Assembly (NCBI RefSeq): GCF_001194135.2
Contig: NC_069006.1
Coordinates: forward strand, 7,046,066 to 7,110,065
Direction: 5' to 3'
Source: Octopus bimaculoides
Taxonomy: Eukaryota
Length of the DNA: 64,000 nucleotides
Under the pieces are notes generated by a model. The model had not been told where the DNA came from. It ran no database searches and was given only the letters and a program-made list of their open reading frames with translations. Of this stretch, positions 37,455 through 51,510 are shown piece after piece. Every line of letters begins with the position of its first letter. The stretch's first letter is position 1. A program made the position numbers and the translations under genes.

Positions 37455-38820
37455 GCATGTGTGTATATGTTTGTGTGTCTGTGTTTGTCCCCCCAACATC
37501 GCTTGACAACCGATGGTGGTGTGTTTACGTCCCCCGTAACTTAGTGGTTCGGCAAAAGAGACCAATAGAATAAGTACTAGGCTTTCAAAGAATAAGTCCT
37601 GGAGTCGATTTGCTCGAATNNNNNNNNNNNNNNNNNNNNNNNNNNNNNNNNNNNNNNNNNNNNNNNNNNNNNNNNNNNNNNNNNNNNNNNNNNNNNNNNN
37701 NNNNNNNNNNNNNNNNNNNNNNNNNNNNNNNNNNNNNNNNNNNNNNNNNNNNNNNNNNNNNNNNNNNNNNNNNNNNNNNNNNNNNNNNNNNNNNNNNNNN
37801 NNNNNNNNNNNNNNNNNNNNNNNNNNNNNNNNNNNNNNNNNNNNNNNNNNNNNNNNNNNNNNNNNNNNNNNNNNNNNNNNNNNNNNNNNNNNNNNNNNNN
37901 NNNNNNNNNNNNNNNNNNNNNNNNNNNNNNNNNNNNNNNNNNNNNNNNNNNNNNNNNNNNNNNNNNNNNNNNNNNNNNNNNNNNNNNNNNNNNNNNNNNN
38001 NNNNNNNNNNNNNNNNNNNNNNNNNNNNNNNNNNNNNNNNNNNNNNNNNNNNNNNNNNNNNNNNNNNNNNNNNNNNNNNNNNNNNNNNNNNNNNNNNNNN
38101 NNNNNNNNNNNNNNNNNNNNNNNNNNNNNNNNNNNNNNNNNNNNNNNNNNNNNNNNNNNNNNNNNNNNNNNNNNNNNNNNNNNNNNNNNNNNNNNNNNNN
38201 NNNNNNNNNNNNNNNNNNNNNNNNNNNNNNNNNNNNNNNNNNNNNNNNNNNNNNNNNNNNNNNNNNNNNNNNNNNNNNNNNNNNNNNNNNNNNNNNNNNN
38301 NNNNNNNNNNNNNNNNNNNNNNNNNNNNNNNNNNNNNNNNNNNNNNNNNNNNNNNNNNNNNNNNNNNNNNNNNNNNNNNNNNNNNNNNNNNNNNNNNNNN
38401 NNNNNNNNNNNNNNNNNNNNNNNNNNNNNNNNNNNNNNNNNNNNNNNNNNNNNNNNCTTACCAACCACATGGTTCTGGGTTCATTCCCACTGCGTGGCAT
38501 CTTGGGTAAGTGTCTTCTACTATAGCCTTGTGAGTGGATTTGGTAGACGGAGACTGAAAGAAGCCTGTCGTATATCTGTATATATATTTATATATATATG
38601 TATGTGTGTGTATATGTTTGTGTGTCTGTGTTTGTCCCCCCAACATCGCTTGACAACCGATGGTGGTGTGTTTACGTCCCCCGTAACTTAGTGGTTCGGC
38701 AAAAGAGACCAATAGAATAAGTACTAGGCTTTCAAAGAATAAGTCCTGGAGTCGATTTGCTCGAATAAAAGCATTGCTCCAGCATGGCCGCAGTCAAATG
38801 ACTGAAACAAGTAAAAGAGT
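37455..38820 (+). mobile_element. SINE family A copy whose 3' half appears on both sides of an N-gap
   Basis: 37455-37619 and about 38610-38765 share the same rare variants (cccccg, ctttcaaag, ctggagtcg). Confidence 0.85.
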
Positions 38821-39195
38821 AAAATATTTTGTGCATTGTAGAAGTATTGCCAGTTTAGTGCAGATGAATTTCAACACCAAAATCTTACATGGACTCCCAA
38901 GGGCCTACAAACCATTCATATATTTATGATGTGGGCCGTATATGTGTATGTATATGTGTGTGTGCCCATGCATACATATTTATAAGCATTTTGGCAAGTT
39001 TAGACAGAAGATAGAACCTTCTGTAACACTGCCAGCACTGTATTCAATCATCTCCATCAGATGTAGTTCCTTGAGGTCATTTTTCTCCACCTCATCTCAA
39101 GTTCTCCTTCTTCCCCAAAGGCCATTCCCTTTAAAAGCTGAGCACTTTTTTTATGCTGCTATAATCTGCCATTCATTTTACCACCTTATCTCCTC

Positions 39196-39810
39196 ATTTA
39201 ACCCTTTTGATACCAATCCGCCTGAAACCACCTCTGGCTCTGTAGTACAAATGTCTTGTTTTCAAAAGTTCTGAATTAAAACCTTCCACCAAACTTTAGT
39301 CACAATTTATGTTCCAAACACTAGTTTAATGTTAACTAATTGATTTTACTAATTTCTTTGTTATATTTAAAATTAATTGAAAGAAAGACAGAACATCTCA
39401 ACAGAAATATGGTAACAAAACGGTTAATTAGTTACAAATTACAAGACAACCTCTCAATGCATCCTGAACAATTTTTAACCCTTTAGCATTTAAACTGGTC
39501 ATATCTGGCCAAAATATTCTCCCTGTTTTAGGTTCAGACTAGCCAGATCCAGCTTCTCATACCTAACCCACCACATCATTCTAAAAATAAACAATCAAAT
39601 CATCAATCTCAAAGCTATAACATGATTGATTGAAAACAATGTGAACAAATAAGAATTACATTTGACAGAGTAATCTGAAAGCTGAAGGGTTACACATATG
39701 TATCTATTTAGCCATATACAAAGTCCAAATATTCTCCCTGTTTTATGTTTAAACTAGCTAGATCTGGCCTCTCACACCTACCCTAGAACGTCATTCTAAA
39801 AATAAACAGA
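39196..39810 (-). mobile_element. Cluster of piggyBac-type MITEs (one family 1, one full and one partial family 2)
   Basis: ttaaccctttt...aaacggttaa and ttaaccctttagcatt...gaagggtta. Confidence 0.8.
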
Positions 39811-41023
39811 TTTTATGTAATTTTTGCTTATTTTTTACCTTACTTAAAACAATGTGCAGTTTAGTGATTAAACAAGGATGTTGCTTTTCTCTTCTAGGGT
39901 CGATTGCTTCGACTAAAAACCCTTTAAGGCGGTGCTCCAGCATGGCCACAGTCAAAATGACTGAAACAAGTAAAAGAATAAAAGAATATGTATGTATGTA
40001 TATATACATTAAAGGCACCTATGCTGGTGACATCTTAAAGGCACTTTTGTTATGTTAGTCATTTTGATGAACCACTAAGTTACAGGGATGTAAACACACG
40101 AACATCAGTTATCAGGCGATAATGGGAGACAAATACAGACACACACGCACAAATATATACAATATATATATATATATATACAACAGGCTTCCTTTCAGTT
40201 TCCGTCTACCAAATCCACTCACAAGGCTTTGGTCGGCCCATGGTTATAGTAGAAGACACTTGCCCAAGGAGCCATGCAGTGGGACTGAACCCAGAACCAT
40301 GTGGTTGGGAAGCAAGTTTCTTACCACACCTCCACGCCTGTGCCTATGCTACCACACTGCCATGATGATATATAAATAACATCATCAACATCATCGTCAT
40401 CATCATCATTTAATGTCCATCTTCCATGCTAGCAAACTTGAAAGCTGTACCAGGCTCCATTATCTGTTATGGCATGGTTTCCATGGCTGGATGCCCTTCC
40501 TAATGCCAACCACTTTACAAGGCATTCTGGGTGCCTTTTATAAGGCACCAGCACTGACAGGATCGGCAAGTACCATGTAAGACAAAAAAAATATATAAAA
40601 CACACACACACATCAGTGTGTGTGTATATAATGTGTATATATGTCCTCTTGTCGTGAAATGAAGCACTGATTGTAAACAATTGTCACTGTCCTTTAAGTG
40701 GTGTTGTTCATTTGTAACCTGTCATGGAATTATGTCCAGACACCAGAAAAAGCTGAGGATTGCTAACAGGAAGGGCCTCCTGCCTCAACAAATTTCATCT
40801 GACCAATGCACACACTGAAGAAAAATGGATGTTAAACTGATGAAGATGGTGATGATTAACATTACTTTCACACACGTCATATGCCACTTTTTTCTACAAT
40901 GTTTCCACCATCAGAATGATGAGTTTTGTCTTTTCATCTGGTTTGACTTTTCTGGAGAAGTGTCTTTGGAAACTCCTGAGTAAGAGATCACTGGACTGGC
41001 CTAAATAAATTACTGTGCTCTAA

Positions 41024-41055
<32 letters not shown>

Positions 41056-41061
41056 GTGTAT

Positions 41062-41700
41062 CAGTGGCGGCTCTGGCACTCGGGCTTAGCCCGAGTATAA
41101 ATTTAGTAAACTGAACATGTATTTGCAAGCTGATTTAATTTCTACCAACACTGACTGCAAGTATGTAATTGCAGCCAATAACTTGGGCTCATTTTATTGA
41201 GCCTAGTTGCAGTTAATATATTTTCTTTCGGCGTCTGGTGGTCGTCTTAGAGGTGCCATGTGTCAAAAAACATTATTTGTAACAGACGTTCTTTTGACAT
41301 CATTCACACATGCCTGACTTGGGCTCAGAATTTACAGCTCGAGTTGTCATCTATAATTGTAAAAATTAAAAGTAATTCAATTTCAATGTTTTCTTGAAAC
41401 AATAAATTTCTATAGAGATTAGGATTTAAATTCCAATCTATGAAAAGTTTCCGTTCTTAAAGGAATGCAAAATTATCCAGCAAATTGGTCTACTACCAAC
41501 GAGCCTGGTAGATGTAAAAGACTAACTGGCATCTCTTGTCAAGAGTACAGTCGACAGTCAGATCGTGGATGTCTGTTGTGCAGTCTGCTGTCGTTATTTG
41601 ATTGCTGTTATTCTGTGCGTCTGGGTGTAAAGATCAGTTGTGTTTTGCAGGGTTGCTTTATTTTCACCCTTAACTTAGAAATGAGGAGAAAAACATAGTG
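41062..41700. mobile_element. Possible DNA transposon end (hAT-like terminus), right boundary unknown
   Basis: Begins cagtggcggctc; a similar terminus in reverse (gagccaccactg) ends at about 36903. Confidence 0.3.
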
Positions 41701-42659
41701 CTAGATATAAAAAGTAAGCCATTTGGAGCTTGAAATATTGTGGAAAAAGTGAAATTCTTCAAGCAACCATATGTGTTATATGAAATCTGTGATGAACTCT
41801 GAGTGATGCTTATGACTTGGAGTCACCTCTGATGTATATACAGACACACACACACACACACACACGCACACATATATTCATGCACCATATTTGATGGAAT
41901 AAAAGACACACTAGCGTATTAGATGCTGTCCACTTTCACAAGAGTATATCCAGGGAAAGAGGTTTTATTGTATTAAAGCTTATGAAAGACTCACCTTTGT
42001 ATGTAGAAAGTGGGGTGAATTTCTGAGATATTTTTCAGAAAAAGGTGTAACTTACATTCCATCAAATATGGAACATGTATGTGAGAAAGAGATAAATATT
42101 TGCCTCAGCATATCACCTTGGGTAAGTGTATACATAACGAGGTAGTAATGTAGATAAACATAGTTAGGCTTGAGATGTATATTGACATGGATTACAAAAT
42201 TCAGATTACAGAATAAACAAAAAAGAAAACAGAACAGAAAAGAAAGATTATGTAAAGTCTTATCTCAACGGCTGTTTCAAGACAGCTATAACTTACGTAA
42301 TAATCATTTGCCACTCTGCCTTTGAAAAAGGACACCTATCTTGCTATAACATTTTCATTGAGGCTTGTTGCCAGACTCACATCTATGATATGATGCACAT
42401 ATTGTATATGAATTTGGTTATTATGTAAGTTATGGCCATCTTGAAACAGCTGTTGAGCTAAGACTTTACATGATTCTCTTCTCTTTTTCTTTTTTCTGTA
42501 GTCTGTATTTTGTCTTCCATTGTAAATATATGTGTCAAGCCTAACAGTGTTTATCTACCTGACAACTTCCATAAACAGCTAGATAATGATTGTTCTTATA
42601 GCTGACATTTGGGCCCCCGGATGAAATTGGAGATTTCATCTGAGCACTATTCTGAGTCA

Positions 42660-43625
42660 TCTATAAGCTTATTTTGCTTCCATCTAGCATCTGCCATGAC
42701 TGCAATTTTGCTCGGCTTGATGGGTCTTCTTCTCAAGTATGACATAATGCCAAAGGCCTTGGTCATTGCCTCCGTGGAGTCCAACACTTGAAAGGAACTC
42801 AACCACTTTGCCTCTGTGAAGCCCAACACTTGAAAGATGCTCTTTACATGCCACCAGCATGGGTGCCAGTTACATGACACCAGCATCAGCCATGTCTACG
42901 ATTTCACTTGGCTTGACAGGTCTTCTGAAGCACAGAGTATCACCAAAGGTCTTGGTCACTAGTCATTGCCTCTGTGAGGCTCAAAGTTTGAAGATCATGC
43001 TGCACCACTTCATTCAATGTCTTCCTGGGTCTACCTCTACCACAGGTTCCCTTCGCAGTTAGAGATCGGCACTTCTTTACACAGTTGTCCTTGTACACAT
43101 CACATGACCATACCAGCGCAGTTGTCTCTTTTGCACACCACATCTGATTCCTCTTATGCCTAACTTTTCTCTCAAGATGCTTACACTCTGTCGAACATGC
43201 ACACCGACATTGCACATCCAGCAAAGCATACTGGTTTCATTTCTTTCAAGTCTATGCACGTCTTCAGCTGTCACAGACCATGTTTCAGTGCTATGTAGCA
43301 TAGCTGTTTGCACACAAGCATCATACAATCTACCTTTCACTCTGCAAGAGAGGCCCTTTGTTGCCAACAGAAGTAGGAGCTATCTGAATTTTGCCCAGCC
43401 TAATCTTATTCTCACAGCTATGCTCTTGAAGCATCCACCTCCACTACTAACTTGGTCATCTAGATAACAGAAACTATCAACTACCTCTATTTTGCCCCCT
43501 GGCAGTTGATGGAGTCTATTTTCCGCACATTTTCAGCGTTTATTGTACCAGTGCATCTACCACATGCAAAAGCTAGTTTCCCTGTTGACCTTCCTCTGAT
43601 ATTGCTGCACCTTTTATGTGTCCAT
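42660..43625 (-). mobile_element. 5'-truncated RTE-type LINE: ORF2 C-terminal region plus 3' UTR, disabled
   Basis: CTWCKLWTHKRCSNI...CGRC, then frameshift, IEVVDSFCYLDD...RIRLGWAKFR(stop)...KGRLYDACVQTAMLHSTETW...LERNE...LRWYGHV...GRGRPRKT; typical RTE C-terminal motifs. Confidence 0.9.
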
Positions 43626-44346
43626 AGCTTACACCAGGTGCATCGTATATATGTATATATAAATATATATGTATGTGTGTTTTTGTTTGTCCCCCCACCA
43701 TCGCTTGACAACCGATGCTGGTGTGTTTGCGTCCCCGTAACCTAGCGGTTCGGCAAAAAGAGACCGATAGAATAAGTACTAGGCTTACAAAGAATAAGTC
43801 CTGGGGTCGATATGCTCGACTAAAGGCGGTGCTCCAACATGGCCGCAGTACCCAGACTTTGTGGACAGCCTGTATATATATATATATACTCTTTTACTCT
43901 TTTACTTGTTTCAGTCTTTTGACTGTGGCCATGCTGGAGCATACACACACACACACATATATATATTGGTATGTGTGAGTCTACCTATCTTTGTGCCCAT
44001 GCTACCTGACAACCAAAGTTGGTTTCTTTACATCTCACAGACCTAGCGGTTTGACAAAATGAGTACCAATAGAATATGTACCAGATTTACAATTACGTAC
44101 TGGGCTTTCTTTGACTAAACACATCAAAGCAGTGCTCCAGCATGGCCGCAGTTCAATGACTGAAACAAGTATATGATAAAAGATAAGCAGAAATATCTTT
44201 CAGATAGTGTAGATTCCGATTATATCAGAATTTAATGTGAAAAAAACAAAACAAAACCAAAACCAAAAAATAAAATGGTGGTCGTGCACACAAATATTCT
44301 GACTAACATCGCATAAGTTTCATGTAGATATAATGACGTGTGTCAC

Positions 44347-45080
44347 TATATATAAGGGTACACCCAGTAATTTTTTTTCCTCACCATAAATTCCGATGTA
44401 ATCGTAATCTACACTGTCTGAAAAGTATTTGAAGAGAAATTCATTCAAAAATATCCTTTTTCTGAAAGCTATGAGGAAACAAAGTCGATTCGTATGTATT
44501 ATCCGAAACTCCTCTTCTCACCCCCCTTCCCGGATTTTTTTTTTTCACAATAAATTGTAATATAATCATAATCTACACCCTTTAAAAGGTTTCTGTAGAA
44601 AATTTCATTAAAAAATACGTATTTTTCTTAAAAGTTNNNNNNNNNNAGGAAACAAAGGTAAATCTTGTGGTAAAAATTTACCGAAACAAAGCTGGCTCAT
44701 GTGAACTATCCTAAATATCGGCCTTTTCCGTAAAAAAGTGTCTTCGGCGATCTTTACCAAAGATCGGCCTTTTCCGTAACACCCGCACGAGCTTCACTAC
44801 GGTGTTATGGTTAGGGTTTTAGTGTCAGGGTTAGGGTTACGGTTAGGGACGGAATTCCCTAACCCAAACCCTAACCCTAAACCCTTCAAAATAAATCGCG
44901 CTCTCTGTATGTCTTTGGCTTTAATGACGTCCTTTCCCTCCAACACTTTTTACGAAAAAAAACGATATTTAGTACTCGTACCGTAAGTTCGCCGGCATTT
45001 GTAGAAAATTTCATGAGAAAATATCCTTTTATCTAAAAGTTATGATGAAACAAAGTATAAGGGTCACACATGGGTAGGTA
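44347..45080. mobile_element. Composite non-autonomous element: three diverged direct repeats with an embedded inverted-repeat unit carrying telomeric repeats
   Basis: Repeated aaaatatcctttt-t-tgaaag-tatga-gaaacaaag; inverted repeats 44711-44741 / 44943-44972; TTAGGG/CCCTAA core 44809-44884. Confidence 0.6.
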
Positions 45081-45992
45081 TGCCAATTAATTCTAATATA
45101 TTTGTGAACTGGATAAATGTATCATGTTGTTTTCATGTGGCCCCTTCTGTTTTGCACGTGAAGTTGTTTATGTACGTAATATTTAGCAAAATAATAAAGC
45201 AGAAAAAAGAAAAAGATTAAGAAATTTTTAACAAATTAAAGTTTTGAAAACTTTTTATGAAATATTGGAGAATAAAAAAAAGTTGTCTCCGTTTTGTATT
45301 TATTTATTTATTTACAGTAAAATAAATAAACATAAAACTGTCAACAAACAGCAATGTGTAAAAAAAACTATTAAAAAAAAATCTAGTGCGAACATTGAAA
45401 GAAGTAAATAGCACATGGTGGGAGAGCGGGAAAAGGAGGAGTAGGAAGAGGCGAGAAACCGTAGAAGTTGTTGAGTCAAGGAGAGGAAGTAAGAGTAAGA
45501 GGTGATACTACTGCTGAAGTGGTTGATGAGAACGGTAAGGGGATGAGGGAAAGAGACAGGAAAGGTATTTGAAGGAAGGAAAAGAGAAAGAAACAAAAAA
45601 GGATTGATAAATAGATGGATTGAAGGGGAGGAAAAAGGTAGGAATGGGAGTGGGAGTTGCTGGGGAATAGGAGTGAAAGAAGATTGTACTGTGGTTAAGA
45701 AGTTTGCTAGCCAATCATATGGTTTTGGGTTCAGTCCCACTGCACGACATCTTCGGCAAATGTCTTCGGGTACAGTCTACGGGCGACCAGAGCTTTACGA
45801 GTGGGTTTGGTAGACAAAAACTAAAACTAGTCCAGCATGACCACAGCCACTTGGCTGAAACCCATAAATAAATAAATAAATATGTATATCTATATATAAT
45901 ATATATAATTAACGTAATATGGTAAAAATTCGATATTAATTAATATCAATTTAATACCAGGAAACTAGCACATTAAAAGAATCAGAAGGTTC

Positions 45993-46023
<31 letters not shown>

Positions 46024-48254
46024 TTCCTATTAATATTTAGTAGAAGCAACAGATTGGCCGAAGGGCCAAGAGATTCGTGCGTTAATGTTTATCAAACTTT
46101 GCATCGCAAAACCTGTATGTATGTATGTATGTGTGTGTTTGCCAACCCCACCCCCGCTTGACAACCGGTGCTGGTATGTTTACGTCCAGGTGAACTAGCG
46201 GTTCGGCAAAAAGAGAACCAAGATCGAATAAGCACCAGGTTTACAAAAATAAGTGTGGAGACTAGAAAGGAGATCTCCAAGGCGGTGTCCCAGCATGGCC
46301 GCAGTCCAATGACCTGTGAAACAAGTAAAAAAAAATTAAGGATACAGATAAACGATATTTAGCTAAAAATAATACAAAACTCATCGGTTTCGAATTTTAG
46401 CACAAGGCCAGTAAGTTCTGGGGAGCGGTAAGTCGATAACATCATGCAATACTCAACTGGTGTTTTATCCTTTTCTACTCCAGGCACAAGGCTCGAAATT
46501 TTTTTTGGTAGGGGGCAGTCGGTTAGATTGACACCGGTACGCAACTGGTACTTACTTTATCGAACTCGAAAGGATGTTGACCTCGGTGGAATTTGAACTA
46601 TCGTAAAGATGGACGAAATGTTGTCACGCATTTTGTCCGACTTATTAACGATTCTACCACTCACCGCCCCATGTATATAGTAAAGGTTAAAAAAAGGTAA
46701 CGTGTCGGTACATTTATTGCCCAGAAAATATTTAATATTTAATATATCTCTTGTATCTGTAATTATTATTCGTAAGACATCAAAGAACTCCCACCTAGGT
46801 CTCCTTTTTATTGGCTGAAGTCATTGGACTGCGACCATACTGGGGCACAACCATCAACTACTTTTTAATCCATCGCATATCGATTCCAGTACTTAATTTA
46901 TCGACCTGAATTTACGAATATACTATAATAATTACCTTATTGTATGTAATGCTCAGGTGCACTATGTATGCATGTATTTATAAGCTGTTTGCACGTTATA
47001 CTAGTCACAGTGCAGCACGAACGAATATTTGCTCTGGACAATGTACTGAATATTCTTCTCACCATCTGCACTGATGAAGAGGAAACGATTTTTATTTAGT
47101 ACTAAAGGCGGTTCTCGAGTGTAATAAGATCACGAAGCTGGGTACCCTAAAAATACACTTCCCACAGTTGACTGATATACATCGGTACGTAGAAGGAATT
47201 GGCCTGAAATTGCGCTGGGACAGCTCACCTCTACCGCCACTAAATTTTTTTTTCACCGTTGTTTTCATTCTCTCTTTCTACCCTCTTTCTTACTCAATCT
47301 ATCTTATCCTCTCTGTTGTTCTCTCTCACTATCTCAATTCTTCTCATTCTCTTACTTTCTCGTCTTCTCTCTTCCCTCGCTCTATATCTTATTTTTCATC
47401 TCCCTTACGGTCTTTCATGCTTTCTCTCTTCTACATATCCCTTAGTCTATCGTTACACTCTATCACCCTTACTCTTTCTCTCTCACTTTTCTCCGTCTCT
47501 CTCTCCTTCACTCTATCTGGTATTCTCTTCCTCCCTTTCTCTCGCTATATCCATATATATGTTCCTTATTTTTACCACAACTTCAGTGGAGTAGTGGAGT
47601 TAGTAGTAGTAGTAGTAAGGAAAGCAGCAGTGACAGCTGTAATAGCAGTAGTCATAGTAGTTGTAGCAGGGCTCGCGGGATGGCAATGGTGGGAGAGGTG
47701 TGTGTGTGCCTAAGTAGTACTAGTATTAATAGTTGGAGTAGGAGCAAGAGGTCAGCAATGGCTGTAGTAGTAGTAGCAATACTAGTGACAGGCGAACTAG
47801 CAGTCATAACTATAGTAATAATAATGGTAACAGTAGTAGTAGTGGTAGCATGGATGTGGGATTGAAACCTCTTTGTCTGGCACTGGATTTCGATATTTTC
47901 CGTCTACTTTGTATTTGGATTTCTAAATATCTTATCTTAGCAAAACCTATGGCAGTGTCCCAGCGTGGCCACAGCTCTCGAGATGCATGTATGTGTGTGT
48001 GCATATATGTATATTTTTTGATGAGTATGTATGCATATGTGTGTGTGTGTGTGTGTAAGTACATGCATGCACATATATAGGGGGGAATGGTGAGATGAAG
48101 AGGAGAGAAAGAGAACTCAATACGTGAAGTAGAGCATATTTAATTTATAAGCTGTAAAGCTACATGGTTGAATGGAGGACCTAGTTTTGTGACGTGCTTT
48201 GCACGAAACTCTGGGACCTTCAATTACTCATATAGCTTTTCAGCTAACATATAC

Positions 48255-48337
<83 letters not shown>

Positions 48338-48596
48338 TCTGTGTGTGCGTGTGTTTGTCAAACAATGAAATAAGCGTTTCACAATGCTATACTTCAATGT
48401 ATGGCGGACTCTTTGCTGGCGAAAAGTGAGGAAAGTAACCGGTGAGAGTAGAGAGGGGGGAAGGAACGAAAGAGAGAAGAAGAAAGATCTACACGGGGAA
48501 AGGAAATGACGTCACCAGTTCCATCGTTGCTATGCACTGTATAGCAACCACGAGAATCTGTGTCAGGAGTGCTTGCTTCCTCCTCATGTATGCGTA

Positions 48597-48637
<41 letters not shown>

Positions 48638-48689
48638 GGTCTGCTGCTTTTTAAGGCGTATATATTTTGTAGCATATGTATCTTGTATC

Positions 48690-49160
48690 GTTTACTCGTT
48701 TCAATCATTGGATTGCGGCCAGGCTGGGGCAACGCCGTGAACGGTTCGGGCGAACAAATTGCTGTATTTATTTTTTTTGAAAACCTGGTACTTATTCTAC
48801 CTTGGTCTCTCTTTTGCCGAACCGCTAAGTTACGGGGGCGTAATTATTTTTCGTTTTATATATATATTTATATATATGTATTTATATATATATATTTATA
48901 TTTATTTATTTATTTATTCTTCTATTCTTTTACTTATTTCAGTCATTTGACTGCGGCCATACTGGAGCGCTGCCTTTAGTCGAACAAATCGACCCCAGGA
49001 CTTATCTTCGTAAGCCTAGTACTTATTCTATCGGACCGTTTTGCCTAACCACTAAGCTGGTGGGTGGAAAGCACATCAACATCAGTTGTCAAGCGATGGT
49101 GGTGGTGGGGTGGGGGGTCAAACACAGACACACAAATACATACGTATGCATATATATATA

Positions 49161-49192
<32 letters not shown>

Positions 49193-50455
49193 GTCCAACC
49201 CATGATGATGATATATATATAGTCCAACCCATGATGATGATATATATATATATATATATACCACGGGCTTCTTTCAGTTTCCGTCTACCAGATCCACTCA
49301 CAAAGGCTTTCGTTGGACCGAGGCTATAGTAGAAGACACTTGCCCAAGGTGCCACACAGTGAGACTGAACCTGGAACCATGTGGTTGGGAAGCAAGCTTC
49401 CTACCACTCATATATAATATCGTTTATTTTTCATTTGTTTCAGTCATTAGGCTGCGGCCATACTGGGGCAGCACATTACTCCAATACTTTTGTTTTCAAG
49501 CCTGGTAGGAACTCTATTGGTGTCTACTGAACCGCTAAGCAATGGAATCCTAAACATCCTAAAACATCGGTTGTCAAGTGGTGTTGGGAGACAAAACACA
49601 CCCAGGCACACACACATATATTCATATATATATATACATATATACGAGGGGCTTCTTTCAGTTTCCGTCTACCAAATCCACTCACAAGGCTTTGGTCGGC
49701 CCGAGGCTATAGTAGAAGACACTTGCCCAAGGTGCCACGCAGTGGGAATGAACCCGGAACCATGTGGTTAGTAAGCAAGCTAGTTACCACACAGCCACTC
49801 CTGCGCCTATATATATATTCATATATGACAGGCTTATAGTTTCTGTCTACCAAATCCACCTATAAGGCTTTCGTTAGCCTGAGGCTAACCATTGTAGAAG
49901 ACAATTGCAGTGGGACTGAATGTGGATTATGTGACTGGGAAGCAAACTTCTTACTTCATAGTCATGCTTGTGCCTCTGTGTGTGTGTGTGTGTGTATTTA
50001 CATACATAGATATAAATATGAAGCAGTCCTTTTGTATTGGTAGATGACATCATTCACCCACACAGCTTTCCTCACGACATAAAGAGGCTTGGCTACAAAG
50101 GAAGGTGAATGACATGGTCTCCTCTGACACCCCAGATACTAATTCCGAAGGATGGACTAAATATATATATATATATATATATGCTTTTACGTTTTTACTT
50201 GTCAATTGACTGTGGCCATGGTGTTGGGGGACAAAACACAAAAACAAAAACACACCCAGGCACACACACATATTGCTGGAGCACCGCCTTTAGTCGAGCA
50301 AATCGACCCCAGGACGTATTTTTTGTAAGCCTAGTACTTATTCTATCAGTCTCTTTTGCCAAACCGCTAAGTTACGGGGACGTAAACACACCACCATCGG
50401 TTGTCAAGCGATGATCGGGGAACAAACACAGACACACAAACATATACACACACAT
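48690..50455 (-). mobile_element. Dense cluster of about five SINE family A copies and fragments, same orientation
   Basis: Repeated tttcagtcatt-gactgcggccat tails and gaagacacttgcccaaggtgccac heads. Confidence 0.85.
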
Positions 50456-51141
50456 ANNNNNNNNNNNNNNNNNNNNNNNNNNNNNNNNNNNNNNNNNNNN
50501 NNNNNNNNNNNNNNNNNNNNNNNNNNNNNNNNNNNNNNNNNNNNNNNNNNNNNNNNNNNNNNNNNNNNNNNNNNNNNNNNNNNNNNNNNNNNNNNNNNNN
50601 NNNNNNNNNNNNNNNNNNNNNNNNNNNNNNNNNNNNNNNNNNNNNNNNNNNNNNNNNNNNNNNNNNNNNNNNNNNNNNNNNNNNNNNNNNNNNNNNNNNN
50701 NNNNNNNNNNNNNNNNNNNNNNNNNNNNNNNNNNNNNNNNNNNNNNNNNNNNNNNNNNNNNNNNNNNNNNNNNNNNNNNNNNNNNNNNNNNNNNNNNNNN
50801 NNNNNNNNNNNNNNNNNNNNNNNNNNNNNNNNNNNNNNNNNNNNNNNNNNNNNNNNNNNNNNNNNNNNNNNNNNNNNNNNNNNNNNNNNNNNNNNNNNNN
50901 NNNNNNNNNNNNNNNNNNNNNNNNNNNNNNNNNNNNNNNNNNNNNNNNNNNNNNNNNNNNNNNNNNNNNNNNNNNNNNNNNNNNNNNNNNNNNNNNNNNN
51001 NNNNNNNNNNNNNNNNNNNNNNNNNNNNNNNNNNNNNNNNNNNNNNNNNNNNNNNNNNNNNNNNNNNNNNNNNNNNNNNNNNNNNNNNNNNNNNNNNNNN
51101 NNNNNNNNNNNNNNNNNNNNNNNNNNNNNNNNNNNNNNNNN

Positions 51142-51510
51142 TGTGTGTAATTTAAAATATAAACAATAGTAAACCAGAAAATGCATAATTTCTGAGTATA
51201 ATTTCTATTTTTCAAACTGAAACAGAACTAAAAGTAAGATGGAAAATTATGTTTATTTTTGTAGACGTCCTCATTATTTATATTTGAAAAGTTTTCTACT
51301 TTTTTTTTAATTGCAAAGACTGATCAAATCCTCAAAATTAATTTTACATAACACCTCTGCTTCTATTCTTAGTAAAATTAAGGCATCCTGAATTTTATTT
51401 TAGCAAGTTTAAAGTGATTTCTTTTGTGCCATAAACCATTTACCATTTCTGTGATCCTCCCCCCCCCATTCTTCCTGTGCTTATTTTCATTAATAGTTAA
51501 TCCAGTGCTG
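51142..51510 (-). mobile_element. hAT-derived non-autonomous element, partial (left end in gap)
   Basis: Aligns with 53520-53881, e.g. gcaagtttaaagtgatttcttttgtgccataaaccattta; ends gttaatccagtgctg. Confidence 0.8.

Noticed and set aside
37455-38765. Apparent recent SINE duplication across the 37620-38456 gap
   Set aside because: Shared rare variants on both gap edges point to an assembly overlap artefact
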